Shown piece after piece: positions 35,913 to 48,100 of a stretch of DNA of 64,000 bases. Each line of letters opens with the position of its first letter. Positions within the stretch are counted from its first letter, which is position 1. The stretch is from Squalus acanthias (Eukaryota): NCBI GenBank assembly GCA_030390025.1, contig JASTWF010000236.1:62001-126000 (forward strand), read 5' to 3'. The position numbers and the translations under genes are program-made. Below the pieces are notes generated by a model. It did not search any database and was not told where the DNA came from. It worked only from the letters and a program-made list of their open reading frames with translations.

Positions 35913-37275
35913 GAAAAAAGCTGGAGATGTAACAGATTTTAAGCAGAGACAGGGAGGGGATGGGGTGGGGTGGGGGGCGGTGGGTAGGAATTGAAGGAAT
36001 ATTCTGTGCTAAGGTAAGAGGCAGGAAAGATAAAATGTTGCAAATGAGGATGGCAAAATCATACAGCATGAAAAATAGGAGCAGGGGTTATAGTCTGAAA
36101 TTGTTGAACTCAATGTTGAGTCCAGAAGGCTGTAAAGTGCCTAATCGAAAGATGAGGTGCTGTTCCTCGAGCTTACATTGAGTTTCGTTGGAACAGTGTA
36201 AGAGGCCAAGGACAGAGAGATCAGAGTGGGAGTGAAGCGGAAAATTAAAGTGACAGGCAACCGGAAAAATCAGGGTCACCCTTACGGACTGAACGGAGAT
36301 GTTCCGCAAAGCGGTCGCCCAATCTGCGTTTGGTCTCCCCAGTGTAGAGGAGACCGCATCGTGAGCAGCGAATACAGTATACTAGATTGCAAGAAGTACA
36401 AGTAAATCGCTGTTTCACCTGGAAGGGGTGTTTGGGGCCCTGGACAGTGGGAAGGGAAGAGGTAAAAGGGCAGGTGTTGCATCTCCTGCGCTTGCACGGG
36501 AAGGTGCCGGGCGAAGGGAAAGGGCTGTTAGGGGTGATTGAGGAGTGAACCAGGGTGTCGCGGAGGGAGCGGTCCCTTCGGAATGCTGAAAGGGGAGGTG
36601 AGGGGAAGATGCGTTTGGTGGTGGGATCACGTTGGAGGTGGCGGAAATGGCAGAGGATGATCCGTTGAATGTGGAGGCTGGTGGGGTGAAAGGTGAGGAC
36701 AAGGGGAACCCTATCATGGTTCTGGGAGGGAGGGGAAGGGGTGAGAGCAGAAGTATGGGAAATGGAATGGACACGGTCAAGGGCCGTGTCAACCACAGTA
36801 GAGGGGAATCCTCGGTTGAGGAAAAAGGAATACATGGCGAAAGCACTGGTATGGAAGGTGGCATCGTCAGAACAGACGCGGCGGAGACGGAGAAACTGGG
36901 AGAATGGAATAGAGTGCTTACATGAAGCGGGGTGGGAGGAGTGTAGTCCAGGTAGCTGTGGGAGTCAGTGGGCTTGTAGTGGATGTTTGTCGATAGCCTA
37001 TTGCCAGAAATGGAGACAGAGAAGTCAAGGAAGGGAAGAAAAGAGTCAGAGATGGACCATGTGAAGGTGAGGGAAGGGTGGAATTTGGAAGTAAAGTGAA
37101 TGAACTTTTCTAGTTCAGGGCGAGAGCAGGAAACGGCACCGATACAGTCATCGATGTATTGGAAAAAGAGGTGAGGGAGGGGACCTGAGTAGGACTGGAA
37201 CAAAGAATGTTCCACATATCCCATGAAAAGGCAGGCATAGCTAGGGGCCATGCGGGTTCATCTCCAGTTTTTTCC

Positions 37276-37312
37276 AGTTCTGATGAAGGGTCCCAGACCT
37301 GAAACGTTAACT
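37276..37312 (+). ncRNA. minimal type I hammerhead ribozyme motif
   Basis: agtt-CTGATGA-ag-ggtc cca gacc-t-GAAA-cg-TT-aact. Confidence 0.72.
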
Positions 37313-37510
37313 CTGTTTCTCTCTCCACAGATGCTGCCTGGCCTGCTGAGTGTTTGCAGCATTTTCTGTTGTTATTTCACATTATATTTAAGTTGTTTTA
37401 ACTTGGAGGGTTGATTGGATGGGAAGCTTTGTGGCTTCTTATCCAAAGTATCAGTTCTGAGGAGTCTGTATGTATGTATTTGTAATTTTAAAAAAAAGTT
37501 TAACATTTAC

Positions 37511-37982
37511 GTGTCAGCTGTGACTCAGTGGGTAGCACCCTCGCCTCTGAGTCAGGAGGTTGTGGGTTCATAGTCCCACTCCAGAGACTTGAGCACAAAA
37601 ATCTAGGCCGACGCTCCAGTGCAGTGCTGAGGGAGTGCTGCAATGTCGGAGGTGCCGTCTTTTGGATGAGATGTTAAACCGAGGCCCCGTCTGCTCTCTC
37701 GGGTGGATGTAAAAGATCCCAAGGCGCTATTAAAAGAATCGGAGAATTCTCCCCGGTGTCCTGGGGCCAATATTTATCCCTCAATCAACATCACTGAAAA
37801 ACAAATTATCTGGTCATTATCACGTTTCTGTTTGTGGAAGCTTGCTGTGCGCAAATTGGCTGCCGCGTTTCCTACACTACAACAGTGACTACGCTTCAAA
37901 AAGTACTTCATTGGCTGTAAAGCGCTTTGGGACATCCGGTGGTTGTGAAAGGCGCTATAGAAATGCAAGTCTTTCTTTTCTT
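37511..37982 (+). mobile_element. full-length tRNA-derived SINE (SacSINE1/DeuSINE-like)
   Basis: A and B boxes, Deu-like core, L2-like tail ending gcaagtctttctttt. Confidence 0.88.
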
Positions 37983-38719
37983 TATTTAGGGCCGAATAGG
38001 TGATGCAGGGGGGTTAGCATACTGCTTTCACCTCAGCTGAATTTGAATACAGTCCATGCTGATTTTGCTTTTGACCATCTGTAGAAACCGATTACCATGT
38101 CTGATTCTCAAGTTACTGAGAAATTCACATAAATAGGGTTTCTTTGCCCAACATGGAGTACACACTATTTTCTCACTTACCCAAAGCCAGAGAGCTGAGG
38201 CACAGGTTGACCAGAGCCAAGACTTGGGGCTCCCAAGTGTGTGCAAAGATACTGTTGTTGAGCCAATTAAAACTGCAGCTTAGCAGCACAGAGCACTAAT
38301 AAGTTTCCTATTGCTTGTCTAACCAAGTGAGAAGATTCCCAGCTCCCAGTAACAGGTTCCATTAACAAACCAGGCTGGCTGGTCAATCATTAGTACTGTC
38401 CTGGAGTGCTTCCTTGGCTGCAGTATTGGATTACTGAGTCTCCCACAGAAGGTATTCTCGGTTCTGAACTTCCATTGCCAGGTGTGCCATCGTGGAGCCA
38501 CCTTGACCCCAAAGAGACCTACTTGGCTCCCCCAGCCTCAAATAGGATAGTTACGAGTTGATCTGCCCATATGCATGGTTAGAAAGCATCCTCTATATGC
38601 TGGCAAAACGAACAGCCTGAACCCCATTCATAGTGAGTATGGGTCCACAGCACAATACTACTCCTAATTTCATACCAATCTCACTCAGAGGGACAATAGG
38701 ACTGCTTGTGTGGGAGAAA

Positions 38720-39184
38720 AAAGAAAGACTTGCATGTATTTGCGCCTTTCACGAGCTCAGGATCGTTTTACAGACAATGAAGTACTTTTGAAGTGTAGTC
38801 ACTGTTGTAATGTAGGAAACATAGCAGCCAATCTGCACACAGCAAGCTCCCACAAACAGCAATGTGATAATGACCAGATAATCTGTTTTAGTGATGTTGA
38901 TTGTGGGATAAATATTGGCCCAAGACACCGGGGAGAACTCACCCGCTCTTTCTTTGAAATAGTGCCATGGGATCTTTTACATCCACCCGAGAGAGCAGGC
39001 AGGGTCTCAGTTTAATGTCTCATCTGAAAGGTGGCACCTCCGAAAGTGCAACACTCCCTCAGTATTGCCCTGGAGTGTCGAGCCTAGATTTTTGTGCTGA
39101 AGTCTGATGGAGTCAGTACTTGAACCCGCAATCTTCTAGACTCGGGAGGGCAAGAGTGCTGCCCACTGAGCCACGGCTAACACT
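38720..39184 (-). mobile_element. full-length SINE (SacSINE1/DeuSINE-like)
   Basis: Reverse complement of the 37511 copy. Confidence 0.85.
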
Positions 39185-41154
39185 GTGGGAAGTAGGACTC
39201 TATTGCAGTAGTGAGTGCCCTTCTGCGGTTGAGTTTAAGACAGTTTGTAACAGACAGAGCAGAGGTAGCTTTACTTTACATTTATTCGTGTGGTCCTTAA
39301 TTTGAGAGTGCATACTGTTGACACTAGGCCCAGTAGTGATAACATTCGTCACCTTGACAAACACCAATTTAAAAAAAAAGTGGAGGGATTTAAAATGGTG
39401 GATAGAGCACCTGCAGTACATTAAAATGATGAATGCTTTGCCCTCTGGACCCAAATATATAATAATTGAACATTCTAAAGAATGTTACCACCCTAAAGAA
39501 ATGCTTCAGATAAAATACTGCAACATGTTTGCTTATATCTGAAGTTGAAGTAATGATCTAAGTTACATTTTGATCTCTCTGTTGCTGACGACTGTTGGAT
39601 TAAGGTCGCACACATGTCAGTTGGCCTCTTGAACATTGCCGAAGTAACCGTTTTTTCATGGGCAAGCCTTAATAGCAAGTGTTGGCAGAGTATTTGACCG
39701 GAAGAGGCAGCAGGGATCACAGCCCAAGCTCGATTGTGTTCTGACCCACTGAACCACACCATAAGTCACTGGATTGTGATTAGGAACAGGATCAGGATCC
39801 CCTACCTTAGTTTTCCGCTCCTGAAGGAGGGGAAGGGGAGGTGCTGCGGCCAATCGTAGTGCCCCTTCCAGTACCCAGCTGAGATCAGCTAACGCAGCAT
39901 CCAACCTGGGACCTTCCTACTCTATTGTATCACAGTTATTATGTTTACTCCTACAAAGCCCCCCTTTTTTTTGCATAACAACAGTCATTGCACGTCAAAG
40001 TAATTAATTCTAGCTAAAACCAATGAGATGTTTCAGATCGACTTGATAAGGCGCTGAATGTATGCAAGCAATGTTTCCTTTAAGCTGCGCAGCCGCGCAG
40101 CTCTCTGGACCTCCCGCACAGCAGGCTCGCCGGCTTTTCAATGTATTTTGAATGGGCCGCGCACCCAAAAACATTGTATGCAAGCCTTTTAAATGTGTAG
40201 GCACTGCTATATAGGCCCACTTTCATTGTTCACCTCGCGTACAGACTTTTAGTGGGCTTGTCAGCGGAAACTTCCAATCGTCATCCGCCGTTTGTTTGAA
40301 TTTGGCACCCTCTGCAGGGAATCTGTGGCGTCTGTGAGCAGGACAAGCAGCAGGGAGTCTTCTCAACCAATCGGATTAAAGAATTCTCACAGAGACACAC
40401 AGACAGCAAAGCAGGAAATAAAAAACAGGAATTATAAATTACATTTAAATCATTGTACAGGCAGCAAAATAAAGATTGGGACATACACATGGCATTAAAG
40501 GAGAAACATTAAATAGAAAAACAGAAAAACTTTTAAAAAATGATTTACATTTAAAAAAAACTGCAACATTAATTTCTTCTGAGGGAATGAGACTCCACAC
40601 TTGAGAAATTACATTTTCAGGATGAGAGAGGTTGTTCAGCAGTAATTCTCACTTACTATGCTGTTAAAAACTCAGTTACTCCTGATTCTACAAGCGCTAA
40701 CTTTTCCATCTGTCTTTAGAGCGAGAATAGTTGGCAATTAGCCGAAGTTCATGCCATAACATTAATCTCTGTGCAGATTCCTTCGTCGAGGATTGCAACA
40801 GTGTAGCCTGAGGAGGAGCAGCGTATCAACAATTGCAACGTCCGGATTGCCGCCTTTAGCTGCGCATGTGCGGATGCCAGAAGCTGCTGTCAGTTTTAAA
40901 ATCCGGGCTGAAAGTGGAAACGGGCTTGTCTCTTTAAACTCTCAGGTATATATGGATGGGGTTAATTGCACTAGGCACTGGCGGGGGTCAGTTTGGAGAC
41001 GAGTGACCTGCAGGTTCCGCAACTTAGCGACCACGCAAGAAACAGCGGCTGAGTGGGAGTTGACGTGAGGGGTAGAACCAGAGAGCGTTAGGAGAAGAGT
41101 GAGGGGGAGAACCAGAGAGCGTTAGGAATAGTGCAAGGGGGAGAACTAAAAGCA

Positions 41155-41577
41155 AAAGAAAGACATGCATTTCTACAGTGCCTTTCATGACCAATGGACT
41201 TCCCAAAGCGCTTTACAGCCAATGAAGTACTGTTGTAATGCAGCAGCCAATTTGCACACAGCAAGCTCCCACAAAATAGAAATGTGATAATGATCAGATA
41301 ATCTGTTTTTTAGGGATAAATATTACCAGATAATCTTTTTTAGTGATATTGATTGAAGGATAAATATTGGCCAGGACACTAATGACTCTTCTCTGAAATA
41401 GTGCCATGGGATCTTTTATGTGCATCTGAGGGGGTAGACGGGACCTCGGTTAAATGTGTCGATGACAGCACTGCACTGGAGTGTCAGCCAAGATTTTTGT
41501 TCTGAGGTCTCTGGAGTGGGACTCGAACTCCCAACCTTCTGACCCTAGAGGTGGGAGAGCTACTCACTGAGCCACTG
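41155..41577 (-). mobile_element. SINE (SacSINE1/DeuSINE-like) abutting the SUFU promoter
   Basis: Reverse-complement SINE with a short internal duplication (ccagataatct..tttt..g). Confidence 0.8.
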
Positions 41578-41600
41578 CGAGCCTGATTGGAGAGCGTTGA

Positions 41601-41975
41601 GAGCGAATCAGAGCGAGCGGGGGACCGGGGGGCCGGCAGCGAATCAGAGCGAGCGGCAGCACAGGGGCCGGCAGCGAATCAGAGCGAGCGTCAGCCCGGT
41701 GGACTTCAGCGAATCAGAGCGAGTGTCAGCCCGGAGGGAGGGGGCCGGCAGCGAATCAGAGCGAGCGGAAGCCCCGGGGGGGCCGGCAGCGAATCAGAGA
41801 GAGCGGCGAATCAGAGCGAGCGTCAGCCCGGAGGGAGGAGGCTAGCAGCGAATCAGGGCGAGCGGCAGCCCGCCAGCAGCGAATCAGAGCGAGCAGCAGC
41901 CCAGAGGGGGGGAGGACCGGCAGCGAATCAGAGCGAGCGGCAGCCCGGGGGGGGCCGGCAGCGAATCAGAGCGAA
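41601..41975 (+). repeat. GC-rich minisatellite, 11 copies of the core GCGAATCAG(A/G)G
   Basis: Cores at about 41602, 41639, 41674, 41709, 41751, 41789, 41806, 41848, 41879, 41923 and 41961, separated by variable G-rich spacers. Confidence 0.9.
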
Positions 41976-42189
41976 CCAAACAGCAGCGGGTGGGCGGGAG
42001 CTCGAGAGGAGCCGAAAGACAAGAACAACCTGACGCCTCGCTTGGCCTGCGCTGAGCTGAGAAGACGCTTGAGTTTTAACGGGGCAGGGAGAAGTCACCA
42101 GCCGGAGAGACACTCGGCACATAGTCAGCCAAAGCGGCAGGACAAGTCGATAGCCGGCGGCCTGTGCCTGTGCCCGTGCCCCCGGAGCG

Positions 42190-42326
42190 ATGGAGGAGTT
42201 GAGGCCTAGCGGCTCGGGTATCGCCGCGCTGCTGCCCCCGGGTCTGCGCGCCATCTACCAGGAGTGCAGGAGGCTTTACTCGGACCAGCCCAATCCACTC
42301 CAAGTCACCGCCATAGTCAAGTACTG
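42190..42326 (+). CDS. SUFU: Suppressor of fused homolog, coding exon 1
   Basis: MEELRPSG..LLPPGLRAIYQECRRLYSDQPNPLQVTAIVKY-W matches the vertebrate SUFU N-terminus; donor TG|gtacgt splits the Trp codon as in human. Confidence 0.96.
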
Positions 42327-45300
42327 GTACGTTACCCTCGACATCAACATCTCTTCCACTTCGGGTCGAGCCCGCTTCTCCGAGGCCCCACATCCGAGAA
42401 GCATTAAGTTACTTCAAATCAAGGCAACGCAACGGTTTTGATTTGAGGAATTTAAATGCAGACTTTTTTTATGGCTTGCAAAGTCGTTCTTTACCATAGG
42501 ATTTTTTCAATTATTCCTTTTTGTAGTGCACAGATTTCTTTCAATTATTCCTTTTTTTTTAAGTGCACAGATTTCTTTGTTGAAAAGTTTATCGTTGCTT
42601 CTAAAAGTTTCCAGCTTTTAGTTAGTTTCTGAACGCATCAGCAGTCTGATTTTGGGGGGGCGGGAATTCATGATGTTTACCTTTTTTTTTTAGTTTCAAT
42701 TATTTACATCTAGACGAAAGTTCCTACAACCATCAATTTGAAAGGACGTGGATCTTTGCCATTGCCACGGGGCTTTAAATCAAACACGTACTTCTATTTG
42801 TTTAAGTAAACTGTTGTAATGTTACATAAGTATCTGAAACATAGTATAAAATTTGATTTAAAAAAAAAAAATTATTTGGAAGAACTTTCGTTTGCACCAT
42901 TTGAATTTATTTCAACGTGAAGTAATCTTGTAAAGTAATAGTGTCCTAATAACCAAAAGGACTATGGGATTTTCTAGTCCATTTTTCGATAACAATAACC
43001 GTGCTTTCAATGAGTGGATAAACTGACTTTTCTGTGTTGTGTTTAATTTTTTTACTTCCTTTAACCACCATCATAATTGTAACAAAAATAAGTAATTTGT
43101 AAATTAGTAGTTGTTTAAATGTGGATAATTGCTAGTGATTAAAAACAATCCTCTTCTAAAGAAGTTAGTCCCAGTTTGAGAACTTTCAGTCAAAACTGGT
43201 AAAACTATTAGTGATCTTTGCTGTAATTTTATGTTTTTAAATGGCAGATTCATATATACAAAATTTAACTTGCTTGAATTAAGATTATTGGGCAATGTGC
43301 CTATTTACCAGATGTGGTAGTAATTTGGTCATTTTTAATTCTATTGGATTCAGTTGTAATCTGTAATCCATTCACAAAGGGTTAAGGATAAATTGAGGTT
43401 TCATAAAATTGGATTTGAATTCTAAACTGCCATGTATTTTCACTGACACTGCAGCTGTATAGATGTTATTTTAACACCAATTTATACAACATTATTAGAA
43501 AATAGCATACCCATATAGTATATTATACTGCACTTTTGAAGTTGACAGGGAAAGGTTCTGATGCAATTGAGTGGGTTGACTTTTAGTGTAGGGGATCACT
43601 TCTGGCTTTCGGTTTGGGACACATCTCCCTATGCAGGTCAACAAAGGCATGTGATGATAGATCTGGATCTCTTGAGGCATTCCATTTTGAATTTCATTGT
43701 TCTCATATATAAGACTTTCTATGCAGCACATTTCTTACTCCTGTAGTTTTGGGTAGTCTTGCCTTTTATAGACGAGCGTGAATACAACCAAAAAAGGTTG
43801 GGAGATTTTGATTATTTTGGAAACATGCTGTTTTCACAATGTTATTATTGAATGTATGCAAGAAAAATTGTGATGGAAGGTTCTAACCTAGTAACTTTTT
43901 TTACATGTTTTTGCATCAATTCTTTCCTATCTGATTTTCCTCTTGCTGCTAGTGTCTGCTTTGTCTTTATCTTTAATGCTCTGTTTCCTTTTTCTCTTGC
44001 CTCAAGGCCTAGAATGAGCACCTAGCTGCCAGACACCAAGGCCTTCCAGGTAGGGTAGCATAGATGAAAACCTTTCTCATTCAAGAGATAGTTAGATGAC
44101 ATTATGGGGCATTGTAAGTTTTTCTGGATGGATGAGCTAAGATGGGCTGAATGACCTTCCTTGTCTTATTCTTCTGTGTTGGGTGTGCAATCTGTATGCG
44201 GCTACAAGCTGCTGGAGTTTTTGAGCAGAAATGAGAAAGATCATGAATTTCCGTAGAAGTTTTGCTGTTTATGTATGGAGAGGCCTTAGAAAGGCCACAC
44301 CAAAAAATGTGTTGCAATATCCAATTAACTACCTCGTTTTAAAAGGGAGAGTAATGGAAAGTGCAAGTTTGCCAGTCTGGTGAGCCATTTCTTAAGGGAG
44401 GGGAATGGGTGGTAAGAAAGAGGTTATTAAAGGCCAGTAACACCAAAACTGCATTGCTAGCTTTCATGGACAACGGATAGGTTAACTTACACGCAGCCAC
44501 ACTGCAAAATGGCAACCTGATACGAGGTGTTGTTGGCGCATCCTGATCTAATGCTGCCAGCAAAGTTTGTGGCAAGGAGTAAAATCCATGTTCATTGGGG
44601 GTTTCACTTCTTTCAGTGATGAGAGCTTTGGATCACTTCTATGACAGGTTTGCCATCGATGCCCTTGCTGTTGTGAGGCATCCTGTATTATAAATAGACA
44701 GTGAAAGAAACTTGAATTACAGGTGTGAGGCTGGCAGCAACTATTAACAAATGCATTGCAGGGTCGAGCACTGATCTGTGCTGATCAGGAAAGTTCCAGC
44801 TTCAACTGTTTAGTCTTAGCTGAGTTCGGTGATCTCATTCAGAGTGTTGGTGGGGCTACAAAATTGGCCTCAGCAACCCAAAACTATGGAGAAGTGGGAA
44901 AGAAACAGCTGGAGTTGCTGTTCGGTAGTAGTTTAGTCTAGGGAAATTTGGACATTGGGTAAATAGCTGCTGTCCAGCCTTGCACGTGAAAATTGAGGTA
45001 CATGAGAGCTGTTGATGACTGTGCCCCAGTGTGAATTATCTTCAAATAAGAGAACTAAAAGAAGAAAAATTGGAGGGCAGGACAACAAACGGAGAAGTTT
45101 TATGCATTCCCAAATTCTCCAGATTTGCAGTGCTTGTGTGTGGCACAGGGGAATTGAATAAACTACATTTAGCTTCAACTTCTGACTCCTGTTATGAACA
45201 TGATCTAAACTAATTGAGAAGTTGATTTTATGTCACTGTTAAAGTGCACATTTTGTCACTACAACACAAAATTCACTTTACACCAACGCAATGAGTGCTG

Positions 45301-45344
45301 GAACTCATTTTGTGCTAGTGTACTCTTCTGGTTTTGGGTGGTTA

Positions 45345-45541
45345 AACAAATAGACTGTAACTGAAATAACTTTAAATAAAACTTAACAAATTAAATTAAA
45401 ATTTCGTTGGCCGGGGTGATGATGCACGCCAGTCCCCGCGGCGCCCATCGGTCGCGGAAGGCCTCGAGTGTGCCGGCGGACACCGCGTGCTCTATCTCCA
45501 GGGCCACCCGGGCGCGAACATGGCCGCGGAAGAGAGGCAGA
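45345..45541 (-). mobile_element. Tx1/L1-clade LINE 3' fragment
   Basis: Minus strand reads LPLFRGHVRARVALEIEHAVSAGTLEAFRDRWAPRG, a Tx1-type C-terminus, followed by a T-rich UTR. Confidence 0.65.
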
Positions 45542-45899
45542 GTGCTGGAGTAAAGTGAATTTCGTGTTGCACTGACAAAGTGTGCACTTTGGAGTGGCTT
45601 TTCCAGTGGTGTTAGACCATCTAGAGACGCATTACCTGAATTCTTTTGTAAAACTTGACTCTGTAATGAAATGCGAAATGTACAACTTGAGGAGAAGTTG
45701 TTAGTTCAAATCTAATCAAATTTAGCCTATTGAACATGTCTTCCATACGACCCCCACCCCCATTCTGTTCTCCAGAGAGTTAAGTGCCAGGGTACACTAT
45801 CTTTCCTCAACTCTGCATTCTCAACTTCAGGAATCAGTCTCCTAGTCCTCGTTGGGACTCCCTCCAATAATTCTACATCTTTCCAGTAATATGGAAATT

Positions 45900-46230
45900 A
45901 GAATCATAGAATGGTTACAGCACAGAAGGAGGCCATTTGCCCCATCAAGCCGGTGCTCTGCAAGAGCACTTCAGCTAGTCCCACTCCCCTGCCCTTTCCC
46001 TGTAGCCCTGCAATTTTTTTTCCTTTTAATGTACTTATCCAATTCCCTTTTGAAAGCCATGATTGAATCTGCCTCCACCACCTTTTCAGGCAGTGAATTC
46101 CAGATCCTAGCCACTCATTGCATAAAGTTTTTCCTCCTGTCTCCTTTGGTGCTTCTGCCAATCACCATAAATCTGTGTTCTCTGGTTCTCGACCCTTCCG
46201 CCAATGGGAGCAGTTTCTCTCTATCTACTC
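45900..46230 (-). mobile_element. CR1 LINE 3' fragment
   Basis: RVDREKLLPLAEGSRTREHRF..; same family as 56665-57720. Confidence 0.8.
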
Positions 46231-46610
46231 TAGCTAAAATTCTCATCCTTGTTTTCAAATCCCTCCATGGTCTCGCCCTCCCAATCTCTAATCTCCAGCC
46301 CCACAACCCTCTGATATATCAGCGCTCCTAATTCTGGCTTCTTGAGCATCACTGATTATAATCGCTCCACCATTGGTGGCCGTGCCTTCAGCTGCCTAGG
46401 CCCTAAGCTCTGGAATTCCCTCCCTAAACCTCTCCGACGCTCTACCTCTTCTCCTTTTTAAGACGCTCCTTAAAACCTATTTCTTTGACAAAGCTTTTGG
46501 TTATCTGCCCTAATATCTCCTTGTGTGGCTCGGTGTCAAATTTTGTTTTATAACGCTCCTGTGAAGCGTCATGGGACGTTTTACTATGTTAAAGGCGCTA
46601 TATAAGTTGT
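46230..46610 (+). mobile_element. L2 LINE 3' fragment
   Basis: KILILVFKSLHGLA..; same tail as 1-323. Confidence 0.78.
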
Positions 46611-47099
46611 TTCACAAAAATTTGAAATCATCATAAAGTATCTAGAGGATACAATACAATCACAACGAAACTCAAGGAAAGCCATGATGCATGGTTAGGA
46701 GGAGGCAGTTTGAACTATCGTTAATGTCCAAGTGTTTAAAAATTTTTTTTTTAGATTTTCTTAATTGAGGAATCGGGGTATGGCCATAGTGCAGAACACC
46801 ATCAAGGTTAAAAAGAGTAAAAGGTGAGGTAACTTGGGAAATAGTGATCAGCTTATGTTTTAAAAGGCTAAAGATTGTAAGAGGAACGATGGTCTGAGGG
46901 ACGTGAGGAGTTTCACAGTTTTGATGTCTTTGAGAAGAATGAGTGAGTAGAAGACTGTGATGAGTAATATCAACACCGTGATGATTTAGGGAGAAGGAAG
47001 AGCATGATTGATGCTTAGAATGAATGAGAAAGGAAAGCTCAGAGGACTACTAACTATATAATGAAGATTTTAAAGTTCAGTATTCATGTTGCTGATTTG

Positions 47100-48100
47100 T
47101 ACTAGTGGGAAGTGGTGTTCTACAAGGATCGGCGCTGTTCACCATTTACATAAACAATTTGGACTCTGGAATCCGAAGTAAAATTTCAAAATTTGCAGTT
47201 GACACCAAATTGGGGGGTATAGTTAATACTAAGGAAGACTGCGACAAAATACAAGAACGCAAGTTGCAGAATGGGTGTGCAATTGGCAAATTAATTTAAA
47301 TATAGATAAGTATGAGGTGGTTCATTTTGGTAGGAAGAATAAGGAGGCCACATACTCCTTGGAAAATACCAGTCTATATGGGGTAGAGGAGCAAAGGGAT
47401 CTAGGGGTACAGATAGCAAATCACTAAAAGCAGTGACGCAGGTTAATAAGGCCATTAAAAAAGCAAACAAAACACGGGTTAATTTCTAGAGGGTTAGAAT
47501 TGAAAAGCAGGGAAGTTGTCAAACCTGTAGAACCTTGGTTAGACCACACTTGGAGTACGGTGCGCAATTCTGGTCTCCACATTATGAAAAGGATATAGAG
47601 GCACTGGAGAAGTTGCAAAAAAGATTTGCAAGGATAATGGGAGAACTGAGAGGTTATAACTGTCAGGAAAGATTGAACAGGCTGGATCCTTTTTTCTCTA
47701 GAAAAGAGAAGACTGATGAAGATGACCCGATAGCGGTCTTCAAGATTATGAAAGCGTTTGATAGGGTAGACATAGATGAAGTTTCCACTTGTGGGGGAGA
47801 TCAGAACTGGGAGCCATAAATATAAGATAGTCACTAATAAATCCAATAGGGAATTCAGGAGAAACCACTTTACCCAGAGGGTGGTTAGAATGTGGGACTC
47901 GCTACCACAAGGAGTAGTTGAGACGAATAGCATAGATGCATTTAAAGGGAAGCGATATAAACACAAGGGAGAAAGGAATAAGAGGTTATGCTGATGGGGT
48001 TAAATAAGGGGGCGGGAGGAAGCTCATGTGGAGCATAAACACTGGCGAGGGCCAGTTGGGCCGAATGGCCTGTTTCTGTGCCATACATTCTTTGTAATTC
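47100..48100 (+). mobile_element. CR1 LINE RT/3' fragment
   Basis: SGVLQGS.LFTIYINNLD..SKFAVDTKLGG; VRPHLEYGAQFWSPHY; FTQRVVRMWDSLP. Confidence 0.88.

Larger units (their letters stand above)
35779..37377 (-). mobile_element. 5'-truncated Penelope-like retroelement (RT + GIY-YIG) with an inverted terminal repeat
   Basis: MAPSYACLFMG..QYIDD (RT) and NLVYCIRCSRCGLLYTGETKRRLGDRFAEH (GIY-YIG); inverted copy of the 3' repeat at ~37259-37377; 14-bp direct repeat CACATTATATTTAA at 35765-35778 and 37378-37391. Confidence 0.92.
41580..42400 (+). promoter_or_regulatory. CpG-island-like promoter / 5' UTR of SUFU
   Basis: High GC and CpG density upstream of and over exon 1; reverse CCAAT box ctgattgg at 41583-41590; abrupt switch to AT-rich intron after ~42400. 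Confidence 0.7.

Noticed and set aside
41601-41975. CRISPR-like repeat-spacer appearance
   Set aside because: Vertebrate context, spacers are similar to each other and variable in length, and there are no cas genes.
41587-42033. 148-aa ORF with repeated AANQSERQ units
   Set aside because: It is a translation of the promoter minisatellite, starts at a non-ATG codon (TTG) and resembles no protein family I recognise.
42327-42441. Extension of the SUFU ORF to 83 aa
   Set aside because: Read-through into intron 1; homology stops at the conserved GT donor at 42327.
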